A stretch of 62,000 bases of DNA from Hyalangium minutum (GTDB lineage: Bacteria; Myxococcota; Myxococcia; Myxococcales; Myxococcaceae), in the NCBI RefSeq assembly GCF_000737315.1, contig NZ_JMCB01000013.1:20001-82000 (forward strand), read 5' to 3'. Positions 42,204 through 51,774 of the stretch are shown in pieces (position 1 is the stretch's first letter; every line of letters begins with the position of its first letter). Below the pieces are notes generated by a model that saw only the letters and a program-made list of their open reading frames with translations, made no database searches and was not told the DNA's origin. Made by a program: the position numbers and the translations under genes.

Positions 42204-42887
42204 ATGTCCGAAGAGCAGCTCATCCGAGAGGAGCGCGAGCGGCGCATCGCCGAGCTGGAGGCCCGCCAAGCGCGGAGGCCTCGCAGCCCGCTGAGGGTAC
42301 CGGTGGCCTTGGTGGGGATCGGCGTGGCCACTGCGCTGCTGGTGATGCAGTGGCGCGAGGTGAGCTATTTCTTCTCGCCGCGCACGCCGCTGTCCCTGGG
42401 CGCCGAGGGCGAGTACCGCTATCCAGAGCGGGTCTCCAACCGCTACGCGCAGCTTCACGGTGTGCCCACCACTCAGGGCGCCTATGAGCGGGAGGGGGAC
42501 GCGGTGTTCGTCCTGGTGGGGCTCCGGGACTCACCGTTCCTGGTGCGCAGGCCCGCCTTGCCGGGAGAAGAGTGGTCCCAAGGGAGGAAGCCGCCTCAGC
42601 CGGATCAGCGGCCCTTCGCGGTGCGAGGACGGCTGCTCGCGGAGGAGGACGCCTCTCGGTACAGCGAGGCATTCAAGCTGATGCGCGAGAAGGGCGAGGT
42701 GCAGCCGCTGCAGGGGCGCCTGTGGATCATCATCGAGGGACAGCGGCCCGGAGAGGACTTGGGGCGCTTGGTGGTGACGCTGCTGCTGGTGCTCGTCATC
42801 GCCGCGAACGGGCTGTTCCTGGTGCAGAACCTGCGCCGGCCCACGGCCTCGAAGAACGGGGACGAAGGCGGGGCTACTTCCCGTTGA
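42204..42887 (+). CDS. Hypothetical membrane protein (two TM helices flanking a soluble domain)
   Basis: Hydrophobic segments VPVALVGIGVATALLVM and LVVTLLLVLVIAANGLFLV; start ATG 42204. Confidence 0.8.
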   Translation: MSEEQLIREERERRIAELEARQARRPRSPLRVPVALVGIGVATALLVMQWREVSYFFSPRTPLSLGAEGEYRYPERVSNRYAQLHGVPTTQGAYEREGDAVFVLVGLRDSPFLVRRPALPGEEWSQGRKPPQPDQRPFAVRGRLLAEEDASRYSEAFKLMREKGEVQPLQGRLWIIIEGQRPGEDLGRLVVTLLLVLVIAANGLFLVQNLRRPTASKNGDEGGATSR

Positions 42888-44343
42888 GCTGCTGCAGCTC
42901 TGTCTTGGCCCACGTGTTCGAGGGATCGTACTTGAGGGCCATCTCGAAGGACTCGCGCGCGGCGGCCTTGTCCTTGGCCTTCAGCTGATCCTGGCCCAGC
43001 TGGGTGTAGAGCTTGCCCACCTGCCTGCGGATCGCTTGCACATGCTTCGCCCAGCCCTGGGACAGCTCTTGATCCACGGCCAGCGCGGTGGCGAGGTTCT
43101 GAATGGCCCGGGCCGAGTCCTTCGCATCCAGGGCCTTCTGGGCGGCGTCACGGGCGTTCTGGAACTCAGAGAGCTTCTTGGTCAGCGGCTCGAGCTGTCC
43201 GCTGCGGGCCAGATTCAGCGCGCCGGCCACATCTCCGGACTCGTACAGCGAGAGGACCGCGTCACGGCTCACAGGAGCCGCAGCAGGGGCGGGGGCCTTC
43301 TCAGCGGCGCTCGAGGGCGCCGAGTCCTCCGAGCGAGCGGTGGCGGCCTTGGTGCTCGCCTTGGTGCCCTTCCGGGACGCCAGGGGCTTCGCGCTCACGG
43401 ACGAGGCTCGGGGTCCCTGGGAAGGCTTGAGGGGCTTGAGCGCTCGAGGAGATTCCTCGGCCACCACCTCCTCCTGGGGCGCAGCGGTCTGCTCCTCCTC
43501 GTTGGCGGAAGGCGGAGGGACGTACTCCGTGGCCTGCGGCGCTGGAGCGGTGGCCTCGGGAGGCGTAGCGCTCTCGGTGGACGGGGCTGGCGCGGGCGAG
43601 GGGCTGCGCTGAGCCGGGCCCGAGAACTTCAGGAATGCGAGAGTGAGCAGCGCCGCCACCCCCGAGCCCACGGCCGCCGCTATGAGCGCGACGCGCGAGA
43701 GGCTCATGCGGCGGCGGGTGTGTGACGCCGGTGCCGTGCGGGTCTCGGTGACCACCGAGGGCGCCGCTTCCTTCTCCGCAGGCGCGCCCGGGCCCCGCAG
43801 CTTCAGCACCGCGTTGCCCAGGGAGATCTCGTCCCCGACGACAATCTCCTGGTCCGCGGAGAGCTTGATGCGGTTGACGAAGGTGCCGTTCTGGCTGCCC
43901 AGGTCTCTCAGCGTGAAGCGCTCGCCCTGGCGCATGAGCTGGGCGTGGCGGCGGCTGATGGACGGATGCTGCAGCCGCAAGTCACACGCGGAGGCCCGGC
44001 CGATGATGAGTGGGCCCTGCTTCACGGGCATCAGCTGCCCGGCGCCCGGGCCCTTCTCCACGTACAGGAACGCCAGCACGTAGCCGGGATCCGAGTACTC
44101 CTGGGTATCGAACCGCGTGGCCAGCTCGCGGTCCTTGGTGCCCTCGCGAACGCCCGTGCGCCGGGCCCCCGTGCGGCGGCTGCCCGCGGGGAACTGAGGC
44201 ACGCGCTGCGGACGCGGATCGTCCTCCTGCAGCGGAGCGACCTCGTCGTCATCGAAGGGCAGCTCCACGTCCTCCTTCTTGGACGCCGCCGCGCCCGGCG
44301 GTCGGGGAGGGCGCGGAGGACGTTTAGGATTGGAGGGAGCCAT
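42874..44343 (-). CDS. FHA domain - TM - Pro/Ala/Lys-rich linker - TPR protein
   Basis: IIGRASACDLRLQHPSISRRHA, DLGSQNGTFVN; TM VALIAAAVGSGVAALLTLAFL; C-terminal TPR-like helices. Confidence 0.88.
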   Translation of the reverse strand: MAPSNPKRPPRPPRPPGAAASKKEDVELPFDDDEVAPLQEDDPRPQRVPQFPAGSRRTGARRTGVREGTKDRELATRFDTQEYSDPGYVLAFLYVEKGPGAGQLMPVKQGPLIIGRASACDLRLQHPSISRRHAQLMRQGERFTLRDLGSQNGTFVNRIKLSADQEIVVGDEISLGNAVLKLRGPGAPAEKEAAPSVVTETRTAPASHTRRRMSLSRVALIAAAVGSGVAALLTLAFLKFSGPAQRSPSPAPAPSTESATPPEATAPAPQATEYVPPPSANEEEQTAAPQEEVVAEESPRALKPLKPSQGPRASSVSAKPLASRKGTKASTKAATARSEDSAPSSAAEKAPAPAAAPVSRDAVLSLYESGDVAGALNLARSGQLEPLTKKLSEFQNARDAAQKALDAKDSARAIQNLATALAVDQELSQGWAKHVQAIRRQVGKLYTQLGQDQLKAKDKAAARESFEMALKYDPSNTWAKTELQQLNGK

Positions 44344-44441
44344 ACCTGTCCCCATTCTCCCAGAAAGGTGGCTGACTGTGCCACATTCAGGAGCCTAGAG
44401 TGCGGCCGTCCGTTCACTGTTCGCCTGGAGGAACCCAGCCC

Positions 44442-45926
44442 GTGGCCCAGCCGTCGATCACGCTCTTCAACACGCTGACGATGCAGAAGGAACCCCTCGT
44501 TCCGCTCGAGCCGGGCGCTGTCCGGGTGTACGTGTGCGGTCCCACTGTATATAGCTACATTCATGTGGGGAACGCGCGTACCTTTACCTCCTTTGACGTG
44601 ATCGTCCGCTACCTGAGGTACCGGGGGTACCGGGTGACGTACGTGCGCAACTACACGGACGTGGACGACAAGATCATCAAGGCAGCGAAGGAGACGGGCG
44701 AGGAGCCGGTGGCCCTGGCGGCGCGCTTCGTGGAGATCTTCCGAGAGGACGCGAAGGCGCTGCACATGAAGGAGCCGGACGTCTCGCCGAAGGTGAGCGA
44801 GCACTTGCCGGAGATCCTCCGCATCATCCAGACGCTGGTGGACAAGGGCGTGGCGTACGAGTCCCAGGGGGACGTCTACTTCGCGGTGAGCCGCTACCCA
44901 GAGTACGCGAAGCTGTCCAAGCGCAACCTGGACGATCTTCGCGCGGGCGAGCGCGTGCAGCCGGGCGAGCAGAAGCGCGAGCCCTTGGACTTCGCGCTGT
45001 GGAAGGCGGCCAAGCCGGGCGAGCCGGCGTGGGACAGCCCATGGGGCAAGGGGCGGCCGGGCTGGCACATCGAGTGCTCGGCGATGAGCGCGCGCTACCT
45101 GGGCGAGTCGTTCGACATCCACGGCGGCGCGCTGGATCTGATCTTCCCGCACCACGAGAACGAGCTCGCCCAGAGCGAGGCGGCCAACAGCAAGCCATTC
45201 GCGAAGTACTGGATGCACTGCGGCTTCCTGGACATGGAAGGCGCGAAGATGTCCAAGTCGCTGGGCAACGTGGTGCGGCTGCGCGACGCGCTGGTGAAGG
45301 TGGACGCGGAGGCGCTGCGGTTCTTCTTCCTGTCCACGCACTACCGGCACCCGCTGAACTTCGCGGAGAAGGCGATCGCCGACGCCGAGCAGCGCATGGA
45401 GTACTTCTACGAGACGCTGCGCAAGGTGGACGAGCGCGTCGCGGGCAAGGACTTCGGGAAGGGCCCGCTGCACGGCGAGCCGGAGAAGTTCCTGCGCGAC
45501 TTCGAGACGGTGATGGATGACGACTTCAACTTCGCCGGAGCGCTGGGAGGGCTGTCGGGCCTCTTCACGCTGATGAACGAACTGGTGGATAAGCCGCCGG
45601 TGAAGGACAAGGCGCTGGTGGGGCGGACGCTCCAGGCGCTGCGGGAGATCGTCGGCAAGGTGTCGGGCGTGCTCGGGCTGTTCGAGGACGATCCGGCCCA
45701 GTGGCTGCTGCGCCACCGGGATCGGGCCGTGAAGGAGCGCGGCATCGACGTGGCCGAGGTGGAGCGGCTGATCGCGCAGCGCAACGATGCGCGCAAGGCG
45801 AAGAACTTCGCCGAGGCGGATCGGGTGCGCACCGAGCTGAAGTCGAAGGGCGTGGAGATCATGGACACGCCCACGGGCACCACGTGGAAGGTGGCGCCCC
45901 CAGCCACCGAGGCTGCCCCCGTCTGA
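44442..45926 (+). CDS. cysS: Cysteine--tRNA ligase
   Basis: YVCGPTVY, HVGN (HIGH), PGWHIECSAM, DIHGGALDLIFPHHENE, KMSKS; GTG start at 44442 with GGAGG upstream. Confidence 0.98.
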   Translation: MAQPSITLFNTLTMQKEPLVPLEPGAVRVYVCGPTVYSYIHVGNARTFTSFDVIVRYLRYRGYRVTYVRNYTDVDDKIIKAAKETGEEPVALAARFVEIFREDAKALHMKEPDVSPKVSEHLPEILRIIQTLVDKGVAYESQGDVYFAVSRYPEYAKLSKRNLDDLRAGERVQPGEQKREPLDFALWKAAKPGEPAWDSPWGKGRPGWHIECSAMSARYLGESFDIHGGALDLIFPHHENELAQSEAANSKPFAKYWMHCGFLDMEGAKMSKSLGNVVRLRDALVKVDAEALRFFFLSTHYRHPLNFAEKAIADAEQRMEYFYETLRKVDERVAGKDFGKGPLHGEPEKFLRDFETVMDDDFNFAGALGGLSGLFTLMNELVDKPPVKDKALVGRTLQALREIVGKVSGVLGLFEDDPAQWLLRHRDRAVKERGIDVAEVERLIAQRNDARKAKNFAEADRVRTELKSKGVEIMDTPTGTTWKVAPPATEAAPV

Positions 45927-45930
45927 TCTC

Positions 45931-48900
45931 TCAGGCGGCGGTAGCCTCGCCGAAGCGCTCGCGCGCCAGCTCGAGCGTCCGGGCGTTGTCGGGCACCTTG
46001 CGCAGGAATCGCTCTCGCGCGGCGGCGTCCGGGAAGCCCTCGGCGCAAGCACGGAGGTGCTCCAGGGCCTTGCGCAGGGCTGCGTCTCCGGCCGTGCTGT
46101 CTCCCTGCGCGAAGCAGGCCTCGGCCAGCGCCAGGTGCACGCCGATGAAGTCCACGCCCCGGGCTCCAGCGCGCTCCAGGTGCCGCACGGCGCGCTCGGC
46201 CTCCTGGCGGGCCTCGGCTGCGCGTCCCTGGAGCCGCAGGGCCTCGCTCAACACCGGCCGTACAAGGCTGGGCAGGGGCGGCAGCAGCTCACATGCCTGG
46301 CGCGCATGCTGCTCGGCCTCGGCGGGCTTGCCCTCGGCCAGGGCGATCCTCGCCAGGGCGACGTGCGCCATGCCGGGGTAGAGCGGGCTGTAGCTGGTGA
46401 CGGTGAGCGCGGCCTCGGCCATGGTCCGGGCCTGGGCACGGGCCTCCGGCTCGGGGAGCGCGGACATGACCACGGAGAAGTAGCCCTGGCTGTAGAGCAA
46501 CGTGAGGGGCTGCTCGAAGCGCTGCAAGCGGGCCACGGACTCCTGCACGCGGGTCCTTGCGCTGGCCGAGTCCCCCATCATGGCCGCGACGAGCCCGCTC
46601 ACGGTCTTCACCTTGGCGAGGCTGTGGACCCGGCCTTCCTGCTGCAGCGTCTTCTCCGCGCGCAGGAGCCCCTCCCAGGCCTGCCACGGCTTGGGCTCCA
46701 GGTGGAACGAGAAGAAGGCCTGGGTGTAGTCGCGGTAGGACTCCAGCAGCGCGTCGGAGCCCTCCAGGCCGAGGATGCGCTGGAGGTGGACCTCCGCCTC
46801 CTGGCGCATGCCGAGCCGGACGAAGGCCGTGGAGATGAAGCAGAGCGCCTGGGCATAGGCGTACACACCATCGGCCTCGGGTGAGGTGCGCAGCAGCAGC
46901 TCCACGAGCGGCATCACCTCGGCCGGCTGGCCCCGGTTGACGCTGTTGAGGATGAGGCTGCTGATCAGATCGCACCAGGGCCGGCTGCCCGCCTTCAGCT
47001 CGGGGAGGATCTCCCGGCCCGTTCCCGTCAGCAGCGAGGGATCGTTCAGCCAGAAGGTCGCGGTGGCCTGCAGGGCGCGCAGGCGCGAGCGCGTCTCGCT
47101 CGGCATCTCCAGCTTCAGCGCAGCCTCCACGCACTGCAGCGCGCTCCGGGCGTCTCCGCGCTCCAGGCGCTGATCGGCGGCCTGGATGTAGAAGCGGACG
47201 GCCCGCTCGGGCTGCTGGCCGAGGTAGGCGTGATCCGCGAGCACGCGCGGATCCGTCTCTCCGCCTTGCTCCAGCCACTCGCCCGCGAGCCGGTGGCCGG
47301 TGGCCTTGTGGGCCTCGGGGACCAGGGCATAGGCGGCGTCCCGCATCAGCGCGTGCCGGAAGCGGTAGGCCTTCTCTCCCGCGAACGTCCGATCCGGCTG
47401 GGACTCGATGATCTCCATCGCCACGAGGCGCTCCAGCCAGTGCTCCAGCGTGCCCGGTGTCTCCTGGGCGTTGCGGAGTGCCCGGACGGCCCCGGTCCAG
47501 AAGGTGCGGCCCAGGAAGCTGGCGGCCAGGAGCGCCTGCCGGGCCTCGGGCTCCAGCCGCAGGATGCGCGACTGGAGCATGGCCAGCACTGTGCCGGGAG
47601 GCGTGTCTCCGCGGCCCTCGGCGACCATGCGGATGAGCTCCTCCAGGAACAAGGCGTTGCCCGCCGACTGCTCCAGGAGCCGGTCCACCACGGCCTCCTC
47701 CACGCCGGACCCGAGCACGTCGCGGATCAACTGAGCGCCGGCCTTGCGGCTCAGGCTCCGCAGGGCGACCTCCTGCAGGCGCTGCGACCAGAGGCCGGGG
47801 AACAGCTCCTTGATCTCGGGACGGGCCAGCGCCAGCACCAGGAGGGGGCAGTCGGCCAGCTCGCGAAGCAACCGATCCACCCACTGCACGGTCAGGGCGT
47901 CACCCCAGTGCAGATCCTCGAGCACGAGGAGCACGGGGGAATGCTGACTCTCCGCGCGCAGCCAGGTGATGATCGCCCCGCCCACTGCGGCGTTCATCTG
48001 GGCCGGATCGCGGCGGAGTTCCCTCAGCTGCGAATAGGTCTCCTCCGGGAAGGGCGCGCTGCAGATCTCTCCCAGCAGGGCCGCCACTTCGGGCACCTCG
48101 CGCTCGGGCAGGTACTTCGCCACGCGCTCACGCAGCTTCTGGCGGCGGGTCTCGGCGGGCTCGCCCGGCTCCATGCCGCACAGCTGCTGCAGCAACTGCC
48201 CCACCATGCACATGCAGCCGCTGACGTTCATCGGATCGCCGCGGCCTTGGAGCAGCAGCACCGGCTGCTCGCGCCGGGAGACGCGGCGGAGGAACTCGTG
48301 GCGCAGCCGGGACTTGCCCGTGCCGGGAGGCGCCACCACCAGCAGGGCCTGCGCCGTGGAGTCCTCGATGCAGGTGGAGAGGGCCAGCTCCAGCAGGGCG
48401 AGCTCCTGCTCGCGGCCCACACACGGGGTGGGTTTGCCGAGCAGCGGGCGGGAGGCGTCCGCCGTCAGATGCTCGCTTTGCAGCAGGAAGGTGTCCGTGG
48501 AGGCCCGCTCCAACTGGAAGCCCGGGCCCAGAAGCCCGGCTGTTACCTCGTCCAGCACCACATGGGGCGACGCGGTGGGGTGACCGAACCGGTGCAGAAG
48601 CTGCCCCGCGCGGTCCATGGCCTCGCCCACGGGGAGGTGGGCACTGATGACACCCCGCCCCGTAACGAGCACGGCCGTCACCTCGGGCCAGCGCTCCTTG
48701 AGGGAGAGGGCGCACCGGGCGGCCAGCGAGGCCTGATCCGTCGCGCCGTGACGGCCTGCCAGCAGCGTCAGCACCAGAGAGCCATCCGCCATCAGCTCCA
48801 CCTGAGCCCGGTGCGGCGTGAGCACGGCACGCAGCGAGTCCCGCAGCGAGCGCCGCTGGACCATCGCCTCCGGCCCTGGCTCCGCCACCACTGGAGGAGC

Positions 48901-49878
48901 CGCCAGCAGGATGCTCACGAGCTGTTGCTCCGCCGCCATGGGGCTGTCGACGCGCGCCACCTGCGTGGGCGCCACCCCCTCCAGCTCCGGGAGCTCGTCC
49001 ACGGTCGGCAGGAGTGGCATCAGGGAGGGGGCGTCCGGGATCCGTTGGTGCGGGTCCTTGGCCAGCATGCGGTCCACCAGCGTCTGGAAGACCTCGGGCA
49101 GCTCGGTGCGCACCGAGCGCAGGGGCGTCGGCGGGGTGAAGAGGATCTTCGCCAGCACGGCGGCGAAGTGAGGCGCGGAGAAGGGAGGCTGGCCGGTGAG
49201 GCACTCGTACAGCACACACCCCAGCGAGAAGATGTCCGCGCTCGGAGTGGTCTCTCCTTGTCCCGAGGCCTGCTCGGGCGCCATGTACCCCGGAGTTCCG
49301 AGCACCACGTGGCTGCCCGTGAGGGCCTGGGACGGCACGGTGCGGCGTGCCAGCCCGAAGTCCAGCAGCACCACCTCCTCGGGCCGGCCATGCCGCAGGA
49401 AGAGGTTGGAGGGCTTCAGGTCTCGGTGGACGATGCCGTGCCGGTGCGCGGTAGCCAGCGCGTCGGCGGCGTGGCGCATCAGGGTCAGCGTCTCGGACAG
49501 GCTCAAGGGCTGGCGCCCGAGCCGGTTGGCCAGGTCCTCTCCCTCCAGCCACTCCATGGCGAGGAAGGGGTGTCCCTGCTCCAGGAAGCCATGGGCCACA
49601 TGGGAGACGATGGACGGGTGACGCAGCTCGGCAAGAAGCTCGGCCTCGCGGCTGAAGCGCTGAAGCCCATCGGCGCTCTGCATGGGATGCAGGAGCTTGA
49701 GGGCGACGGTCTGCCCGGTCTGCGTGTCCTTGGCGCGGTACACCGAGCCCATGCCCCCGCGGCCCGCCAGGGACTCGAGAAGGAACCGCCCGGCGAGGAG
49801 CCGGCCGGGAGCGAGCGTGTCCGCTCCAAGCCTTGGAGGGGAGGGGGAGGTAGGAGCTTGAATGAGATCGATGTTCAT
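45931..49878 (-). CDS. Ser/Thr protein kinase fused to a degenerate cyclase-like region, an AAA/STAND-type ATPase and helical repeats
   Basis: GRGGMGSVY, VALK, HRDLKPSN, DFG, GTPGYMAPEQ; VGREQEL, Walker A APPGTGKS, Walker B LVLEDLHW, GNALFLEEL. Start set at ATG 49878. Confidence 0.93.
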   Translation of the reverse strand: MNIDLIQAPTSPSPPRLGADTLAPGRLLAGRFLLESLAGRGGMGSVYRAKDTQTGQTVALKLLHPMQSADGLQRFSREAELLAELRHPSIVSHVAHGFLEQGHPFLAMEWLEGEDLANRLGRQPLSLSETLTLMRHAADALATAHRHGIVHRDLKPSNLFLRHGRPEEVVLLDFGLARRTVPSQALTGSHVVLGTPGYMAPEQASGQGETTPSADIFSLGCVLYECLTGQPPFSAPHFAAVLAKILFTPPTPLRSVRTELPEVFQTLVDRMLAKDPHQRIPDAPSLMPLLPTVDELPELEGVAPTQVARVDSPMAAEQQLVSILLAAPPVVAEPGPEAMVQRRSLRDSLRAVLTPHRAQVELMADGSLVLTLLAGRHGATDQASLAARCALSLKERWPEVTAVLVTGRGVISAHLPVGEAMDRAGQLLHRFGHPTASPHVVLDEVTAGLLGPGFQLERASTDTFLLQSEHLTADASRPLLGKPTPCVGREQELALLELALSTCIEDSTAQALLVVAPPGTGKSRLRHEFLRRVSRREQPVLLLQGRGDPMNVSGCMCMVGQLLQQLCGMEPGEPAETRRQKLRERVAKYLPEREVPEVAALLGEICSAPFPEETYSQLRELRRDPAQMNAAVGGAIITWLRAESQHSPVLLVLEDLHWGDALTVQWVDRLLRELADCPLLVLALARPEIKELFPGLWSQRLQEVALRSLSRKAGAQLIRDVLGSGVEEAVVDRLLEQSAGNALFLEELIRMVAEGRGDTPPGTVLAMLQSRILRLEPEARQALLAASFLGRTFWTGAVRALRNAQETPGTLEHWLERLVAMEIIESQPDRTFAGEKAYRFRHALMRDAAYALVPEAHKATGHRLAGEWLEQGGETDPRVLADHAYLGQQPERAVRFYIQAADQRLERGDARSALQCVEAALKLEMPSETRSRLRALQATATFWLNDPSLLTGTGREILPELKAGSRPWCDLISSLILNSVNRGQPAEVMPLVELLLRTSPEADGVYAYAQALCFISTAFVRLGMRQEAEVHLQRILGLEGSDALLESYRDYTQAFFSFHLEPKPWQAWEGLLRAEKTLQQEGRVHSLAKVKTVSGLVAAMMGDSASARTRVQESVARLQRFEQPLTLLYSQGYFSVVMSALPEPEARAQARTMAEAALTVTSYSPLYPGMAHVALARIALAEGKPAEAEQHARQACELLPPLPSLVRPVLSEALRLQGRAAEARQEAERAVRHLERAGARGVDFIGVHLALAEACFAQGDSTAGDAALRKALEHLRACAEGFPDAAARERFLRKVPDNARTLELARERFGEATAA

Positions 49879-50011
49879 GGGGCTCTTCGGGGTTCCCAGT
49901 ATAATCCGCTCGTTCGGTGCCCGCCCGGGCATGGGGCCAGGCGGGCCCCCGGTGCTTCGAGGGGTGTTTGTGCCTGCCCGGGCCTGAGTCTTCGTGCTAG
50001 GGCTTCGCCCC

Positions 50012-51697
50012 ATGAAGCGCCTGCTCGCACTGCTCTTCCTCCTGCCTGCGCTGCCCGTCCTGGCGCAGGGCGTGCCGCTCTCCACGCCTGCGGAGAAGGT
50101 GGTGGCGCAGACCATCGATGCGAACCCGCTGCGTGCCCATGTGCGCTTCCTCGCGCATGATCTCCTGGAGGGGCGCGGCCCGGGCACCCGGGGAGATGCG
50201 CTGGCCCAGGCCTACATCGCCTCCCAGTTCGAGCTGCTGGGCCTGAAGCCCGTGGGTGGGGGAGACGGCTACCTCCAGCCCTTCGAGCTCGTGGGCCTCT
50301 CTGGCCACCCGGACACGCTGAGCTTCGCGGCCGCGTCCGGGCGCACGGACCTGAAGTTCCACGAGGAGTTCATCGCCGTCTCTGGCGTGCAGGAGCCGGA
50401 GGCCCGGCTGGAGGGCTCCGAGCTGATCTTCGTGGGCTTCGGCATCGTCGCTCCCGAGTATGGTTGGGACGACTTCAAGGGGATGGACCTCCGGGGCAAG
50501 ACGCTGCTGATCCTCAACAGCGATCCGGCGGAGGACCCGGCGCTCTTCGCGGGCCGGACGCGGCTCTGGTACGGGCGCTGGGATTACAAGTACGAGCAGG
50601 CCGCCAAGGTGGGAGCGGCGGGCGCCATCATCCTCCACACCACGCCGAGCGCCGGCTACCCGTGGCAGGTGGTGCAGACCTCGTGGACGGGCGAGCAGTT
50701 CGAGCTGCCCGCCACCCAGGGCCCGCGCCTGCAGGTGAAGGCGTGGACGACCGAGGAGGCCACGCGGCGCATCGTCCGGATGGCGGGGAGGGACCTGGAC
50801 GCGCTGGTCGCCTCGGCGCAGAAGCGCGACTTCCAGCCCGTGCCGCTCGGGGTGAAGGTCTCCACCCAGTTCGCCAATCAGGTGAGGCGCCGGCCCACGG
50901 CGAACGTGCTGGGCCTGCTGCCCGGCAGCGACCCGAAGCTCTCGGGCGAGGTGGTGCTCTACACCGCGCACCACGATCATCTCGGCACCAAGGAGGGTGC
51001 GCGCCCGGGCGAGGACGCCATCTACAACGGCGCGGTGGACAACGCGGCGGGGGTGGCGGCCCTGCTCACAGTGGCGAGGACCTACCGCGCGCTGCCCACG
51101 CCTCCGAGGCGCTCCATCCTCTTCGCCGCCGTGGCGGGAGAAGAGCAGGGGCTGCTGGGCTCGCAGCACCTCGCTACGCACCTGCCGGTGCCCTCGGGCC
51201 GCATCGCCGCCAACATCAACATCGATGGCGCGAACATCCTCGGGCGCACGCGGGATGTGGCGATCATCGGTCTGGGCAAGTCGAACCTCGATGGCATCAT
51301 CACGGGCCTGGCAAATGCGCAGGGCCGCACGGTGAAGGCGGACCAGCTGTCGGATCGGGGCTTCTTCTACCGCTCGGACCAGTTCGCCTTCGCGAAGCTG
51401 GGCATCCCGGCCGCGTACTTCAGCAGCGGCATGGACTTCATCGGCAGGCCCGAGGGCTGGGGCAAGCAGCAGCGAGAGCTGTGGGAGGCGCGGCACTACC
51501 ACCAGCCCTCCGATGAGCTGCGTCCGGAGTGGGACCTGAGCGGGGCCGTGGAGGACGTGCGCCTCTACTTCCTGCTGGGCGCCCATGTGGCGCGGGCGCC
51601 CGAGATGCCCCGCTGGAACAAGGGGGACGAGTTCGAGGCCCCTCGGCTGGAGTCCCTGAAGGCGGTGGGAGCCCCGGAAGCAAAGGGAGCGAAGTAG
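50012..51697 (+). CDS. M28 family metallopeptidase with a PA domain, secreted
   Basis: Signal peptide; [48 protein letters not shown]. Confidence 0.93.
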   Translation: MKRLLALLFLLPALPVLAQGVPLSTPAEKVVAQTIDANPLRAHVRFLAHDLLEGRGPGTRGDALAQAYIASQFELLGLKPVGGGDGYLQPFELVGLSGHPDTLSFAAASGRTDLKFHEEFIAVSGVQEPEARLEGSELIFVGFGIVAPEYGWDDFKGMDLRGKTLLILNSDPAEDPALFAGRTRLWYGRWDYKYEQAAKVGAAGAIILHTTPSAGYPWQVVQTSWTGEQFELPATQGPRLQVKAWTTEEATRRIVRMAGRDLDALVASAQKRDFQPVPLGVKVSTQFANQVRRRPTANVLGLLPGSDPKLSGEVVLYTAHHDHLGTKEGARPGEDAIYNGAVDNAAGVAALLTVARTYRALPTPPRRSILFAAVAGEEQGLLGSQHLATHLPVPSGRIAANINIDGANILGRTRDVAIIGLGKSNLDGIITGLANAQGRTVKADQLSDRGFFYRSDQFAFAKLGIPAAYFSSGMDFIGRPEGWGKQQRELWEARHYHQPSDELRPEWDLSGAVEDVRLYFLLGAHVARAPEMPRWNKGDEFEAPRLESLKAVGAPEAKGAK

Positions 51698-51774
51698 CCC
51701 GCGTTCGTCCACTGCCCTGCAGCCATGCAGGAAGTGCCAGCCTGCCTTGTCGCTGGATGTTAAATGACGGGGCT

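Noticed and set aside
45931-50187. Longest-ORF starts for the kinase, uvrB (51529), addB (26211), addA (29519), CBM9 (37352), DUF507 (55815) and the 809-aa ORF (4856)
   Set aside because: The extensions overlap neighbouring genes or regulatory DNA and have poor composition; downstream starts with SD sequences or ATGA coupling fit better.
51755-51765. GGATGTTAAAT resembling a XerD arm of dif
   Set aside because: There is no XerC-like arm at the required 6-nt spacing.
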